DNA of 9,340 bases from a virus (taxonomy: Monodnaviria > Loebvirae > Hofneiviricota > Faserviricetes > Tubulavirales > Inoviridae): IMG/VR virus record IMGVR_UViG_2609460053_000007; one strand, given 5' to 3'. The position numbers and the translations under genes were made by a program. Below are positions 7,345-9,340 of the stretch, piece by piece; position 1 is the first letter of the stretch, and each line of letters begins with the position of its first letter. The notes under the pieces are model-generated. The model saw only the letters and a list, made by a program, of their open reading frames with translations. It searched no databases and was not told the DNA's origin.

Positions 7345-7416
7345 GTCAATAGTCATTTGTGAGCAGATTGAATGGTCACAATGTAATATGCTCAGTTCTG
7401 ACAGTCAATACATTTG
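7345..7416. promoter_or_regulatory. Imperfect direct repeats GTCAATA(GT)CATTTG: candidate operators in the divergent control region
   Basis: gtcaatagtcatttg at 7345-7359 and gtcaatacatttg at 7404-7416. The second overlaps the predicted -35 of the gII promoter. Confidence 0.35.
7380..7408 (-). promoter_or_regulatory. Candidate sigma70 promoter for gII (minus strand)
   Basis: On the minus strand: -35 TTGACT (7403-7408), 17-nt spacer, -10 TACATT (7380-7385). Confidence 0.4.
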
Positions 7417-7427
7417 CAATGTTTAAA

Positions 7428-7457
7428 TTGTCAGAAATGAGCATCAAATCTAACTAT
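7428..7457 (+). promoter_or_regulatory. Candidate promoter for the HTH regulator gene
   Basis: -35 TTGTCA (7428-7433), 18-nt spacer, -10 AACTAT (7452-7457). Weaker match than the gII promoter. Confidence 0.25.
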
Positions 7458-7489
7458 TGAAAAACCACTGTTAAGATGGAGCCAAGTAG

Positions 7490-7936
7490 ATGGGCAACAA
7501 TGAGCATGAAGTTATGGCGGACAAACAGAGAGCAGAACGTATCAAAAAGGTAATTCTGGAACACTCGACTTATGAAGAACTGGCCAAGAAGACTGGCATT
7601 AGCGTGAGTACGCTGGTCAGGATAGCGTCCGGCAAAACTGAACCTAAATTCAGTGACATCATTCAGATAGCTAAAATTACGGGTGCAGACTTAAACACCT
7701 TAGCTTATGGCTATGCTCTTGATGTTAAAGAAGAAGCTACCGAGCGGAAGCTAATCACTTCTGCGGATGGATATACTGATGAAGAAACCACTAACGCACA
7801 TAATTTCATCGTGTGGAACATCAGGACACTGGAAAAACAAGATATTCTGGCACTCGCAAGGCAGGTTTCTGCCTTAAGTTCATACACTTACAGTACTAAA
7901 ATGTTTATGAAAAAAGCGGTGTCTGGAGAAGAGTAA
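7490..7936 (+). CDS. HTH XRE/Cro-CI family transcriptional regulator, putative phage repressor (RstR-like position)
   Basis: 148 aa; helix-turn-helix signature EELAKKTGISVSTLVRIASGK plus a C-terminal extension of about 70 aa. SD GGAG 8 nt upstream. Divergent from the replication gene, as rstR is from rstA in CTX-type phages. Confidence 0.8.
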   Translation: MGNNEHEVMADKQRAERIKKVILEHSTYEELAKKTGISVSTLVRIASGKTEPKFSDIIQIAKITGADLNTLAYGYALDVKEEATERKLITSADGYTDEETTNAHNFIVWNIRTLEKQDILALARQVSALSSYTYSTKMFMKKAVSGEE

Positions 7937-7947
7937 AAGGATTAACA

Positions 7948-8001
7948 GTCTCAGGAATGAGACAAACGTGCAGTATTACCAACACTGCACGTTCTTTATT
8001 G
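7948..8001 (+). terminator. Tandem hairpins after the regulator gene (terminator or operator palindrome)
   Basis: GTCTCA-GGAA-TGAGAC (7948-7963), then a perfect 10-bp stem AACGTGCAGT (7965-7974) / ACTGCACGTT (7984-7993) with 9-nt loop, followed by CTTTATTG. Confidence 0.5.
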
Positions 8002-8035
8002 TGCGAATTTTGAACAGTGAAAAAGGATCAAAAGG

Positions 8036-8458
8036 ATGAGTAGAAATAACGAAACAAGCGGCGTTGAACTGGTTGTCGTGGGCGTATTTGCTTTCTGTCT
8101 GGCAGTTGTTGCCTGGCTAATGAAAACTTTCGATGTTGAATGGCAAACAGCGCTGGAAACTGCGCCTGGCCTGATAGTGTGGCTGCTTGTTGTCGGGGCG
8201 GGGATCTTTTTCGGGATCAAAATGGAAACAGGCCTTGTTCGCTGGGGTGCTCCACTGGCGATCGCCCTTCTGATTCCGGTATTCAAACCAATTCTTAAGG
8301 AAGCTGCCGGAGTTCGTGAAACGGGTGGGCTGGTTTTCGATGATATGGTTTCGTGGTACGGAACTGGCTGGGGAATGTCGTTGATGTTTTTCGGAATTCT
8401 TATCATCGGATACGGGATGCTTTATTGGTGGCACAGAAGAAATTCATATTACTGGTAA
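8036..8458 (+). CDS. Hypothetical integral membrane protein, about 4 TM helices (accessory operon gene 1)
   Basis: 140 aa; hydrophobic segments at about residues 12-29, 45-61, 70-83 and 112-132; aromatic/basic C-terminus WWHRRNSYYW. SD AGGA 8 nt upstream of the ATG. Confidence 0.75.
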   Translation: MSRNNETSGVELVVVGVFAFCLAVVAWLMKTFDVEWQTALETAPGLIVWLLVVGAGIFFGIKMETGLVRWGAPLAIALLIPVFKPILKEAAGVRETGGLVFDDMVSWYGTGWGMSLMFFGILIIGYGMLYWWHRRNSYYW

Positions 8459-8486
8459 TCAATAAAACGTAGAAGAGAGGAAATAT

Positions 8487-8762
8487 ATGAAACTGAATCC
8501 TGAGAAATACAATAGAAATATCACCCTGCTATGTCCTGTGTGCGGAAATACAGAGATGGAACACGAGGAAGAGTCTGAAGTCGTCAGATGTGTAGGCTGC
8601 GGGAAAGAATTCACTAATGATGAGTTAATCCAAGAAAACGGGGTGAGTATTGACGCCCATGTGGATGAGATAAAAGAAGAGTTAACAAAAGATATTCAAA
8701 AACAGTTTAACGACATGCTCAAAAAGGCATTTAAAGGAAGTAAAAATATAAGGATTAAATAA
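8487..8762 (+). CDS. Hypothetical zinc-ribbon protein (accessory operon gene 2)
   Basis: 91 aa; Cys16-x2-Cys19 ... Cys35-x2-Cys38 (CPVCG-x15-CVGCG); acidic middle and Lys-rich C-terminal helix-like tail. Strong SD AGAGAGGA upstream. Stop overlaps the next start (TAATG at 8760-8764). Confidence 0.7.
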   Translation: MKLNPEKYNRNITLLCPVCGNTEMEHEEESEVVRCVGCGKEFTNDELIQENGVSIDAHVDEIKEELTKDIQKQFNDMLKKAFKGSKNIRIK

Positions 8763-9241
8763 TGACAACAAGTGATGCCATCGCTTTAGCTGCGCTTGTA
8801 GTATCGATTTACACTATCATATCATCAGAAGTGAAGTCGAGAAAAAGTGATAGAGAACAAAAGGTTATAAAGGATGAGCAAGACAGATTACGTAAGTTGC
8901 TTCTGGAAAAAGAAACAAAGTCAGCAATTAATGAGATGAAGGCTGAGCTTGGTGCCCGCCTCGTAAAAATAGCCAAAAACAACTATAGACTCAAGATATT
9001 TAATAGAGGGAAAGTTGAGGCTAAAAATATAGAGATTCATTTCCCTGATAACGATGGCAATGAATATCTTTCCATGCATGATGTAGAAGATAAATTTCCA
9101 TATGAAGTATTACACCCGCAACATGGGATTGAAATTTTAGCGGGACTAAGCTTTGGAAGCAAAACTAAATACCGAATAAAACTCATATGGGATGACAATT
9201 ATAAAAAAAGGAATGAAGAGGAGTTTTTCATTTCTATATAA
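8762..9241 (+). CDS. Hypothetical N-terminally membrane-anchored coiled-coil protein (accessory operon gene 3)
   Basis: 159 aa; N-terminal hydrophobic helix (AIALAALVVSIYTIIS), highly charged K/E/R-rich helical region, then a C-terminal domain. Start is translationally coupled to gene 2. Followed by the strong hairpin at 9273-9309. Confidence 0.7.
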   Translation: MTTSDAIALAALVVSIYTIISSEVKSRKSDREQKVIKDEQDRLRKLLLEKETKSAINEMKAELGARLVKIAKNNYRLKIFNRGKVEAKNIEIHFPDNDGNEYLSMHDVEDKFPYEVLHPQHGIEILAGLSFGSKTKYRIKLIWDDNYKKRNEEEFFISI

Positions 9242-9272
9242 ATTGGTTCGCACAATGACGTTATGCTAAAGA

Positions 9273-9309
9273 GGCCGCTGCGGGATACGATTTTCGCAGC
9301 GGCCTTTTC
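9273..9309 (+). terminator. Rho-independent terminator-like hairpin after the accessory operon (copy 2 of 182-218)
   Basis: Identical to 182-218: 10-bp GC stem, 12-nt loop, TTTTC tail, 32 nt after the stop codon at 9239-9241. Confidence 0.6.
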
Positions 9310-9338
9310 AACATAACGAGTCGTACATTATGCGCACC
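9306..9338 (-). other. dif-like XerC/XerD site (copy 2 of 215-247)
   Basis: Identical to 215-247; the window ends 2 nt beyond the XerC arm. Confidence 0.65.
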
Positions 9339-9340
9339 AA

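Larger units (their letters stand above)
1..9340. mobile_element. Filamentous phage (Inoviridae) genome or prophage, unit length 9091 bp, shown with wrap-around or tandem redundancy
   Basis: Canonical inovirus module order on the minus strand (gII, gV, small hydrophobic ORF, gVIII, gIII, gVI, gI, gIV). Bases 1-249 repeat exactly at 9092-9340. A dif-like site is present once per unit. Confidence 0.9.
9092..9340. repeat. Terminal redundancy copy 2 (identical to 1-249)
   Basis: Same as above; the window ends inside the repeat, so its true extent is unknown. Confidence 0.9.

Noticed and set aside
7319-7489. LexA (SOS) box in the divergent control region
   Set aside because: Searched by eye for CTGT-N8-ACAG-like motifs and found none with correct spacing; the CTGACAG at 7398-7404 does not fit.
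7996-8434. Minus-strand ORFs (136 and 105 aa) antisense to the membrane protein gene
   Set aside because: Pro/Ser/Thr-rich low-complexity translations; the plus-strand frame gives a clean 4-TM protein with an RBS.
1-9340. CRISPR arrays, tRNA or rRNA genes
   Set aside because: No regularly spaced direct repeats and no cloverleaf or rRNA-like sequence noticed; the genome is densely protein-coding.

Overview
The window is a complete filamentous phage (Inoviridae, Ff-like gene order) genome with a unit length of 9091 bp. It is captured with 249 bp of terminal redundancy (1-249 is identical to 9092-9340), so it is either a circular replicon read past its start or a tandem prophage; no host flank is visible. 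The minus strand carries the canonical core in order: replication initiator pII (6266-7318), ssDNA-binding pV-like (5937-6254), small hydrophobic pVII/pIX-position protein (5683-5934), major coat pVIII (5415-5648), adsorption protein pIII (3638-5350), pVI (3338-3625), Zot-like assembly ATPase pI (2309-3334) and secretin pIV (1065-2309). Divergent from gII is a plus-strand HTH (XRE/Cro-CI type) putative repressor (7490-7936). Downstream of it, after a tandem hairpin, lies a three-gene operon (8036-9241) encoding a 4-TM membrane protein, a CxxC-x15-CxxC zinc-ribbon protein and an N-terminally membrane-anchored coiled-coil protein. None of these maps to a known inovirus function, and this operon is my best candidate for an undescribed system (superinfection exclusion, abortive infection or host modulation). 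Next to its terminator is a dif-like XerC/XerD site (215-247, repeated at 9306-9338) with an extended 11 bp central region, suggesting Xer-dependent integration. The cargo position between the dif-like site and gIV (250-1064) holds two uncertain small minus-strand ORFs, a near-consensus plus-strand promoter and hairpins. All functional calls rest on reading the translations and motifs by eye; no database search was run.
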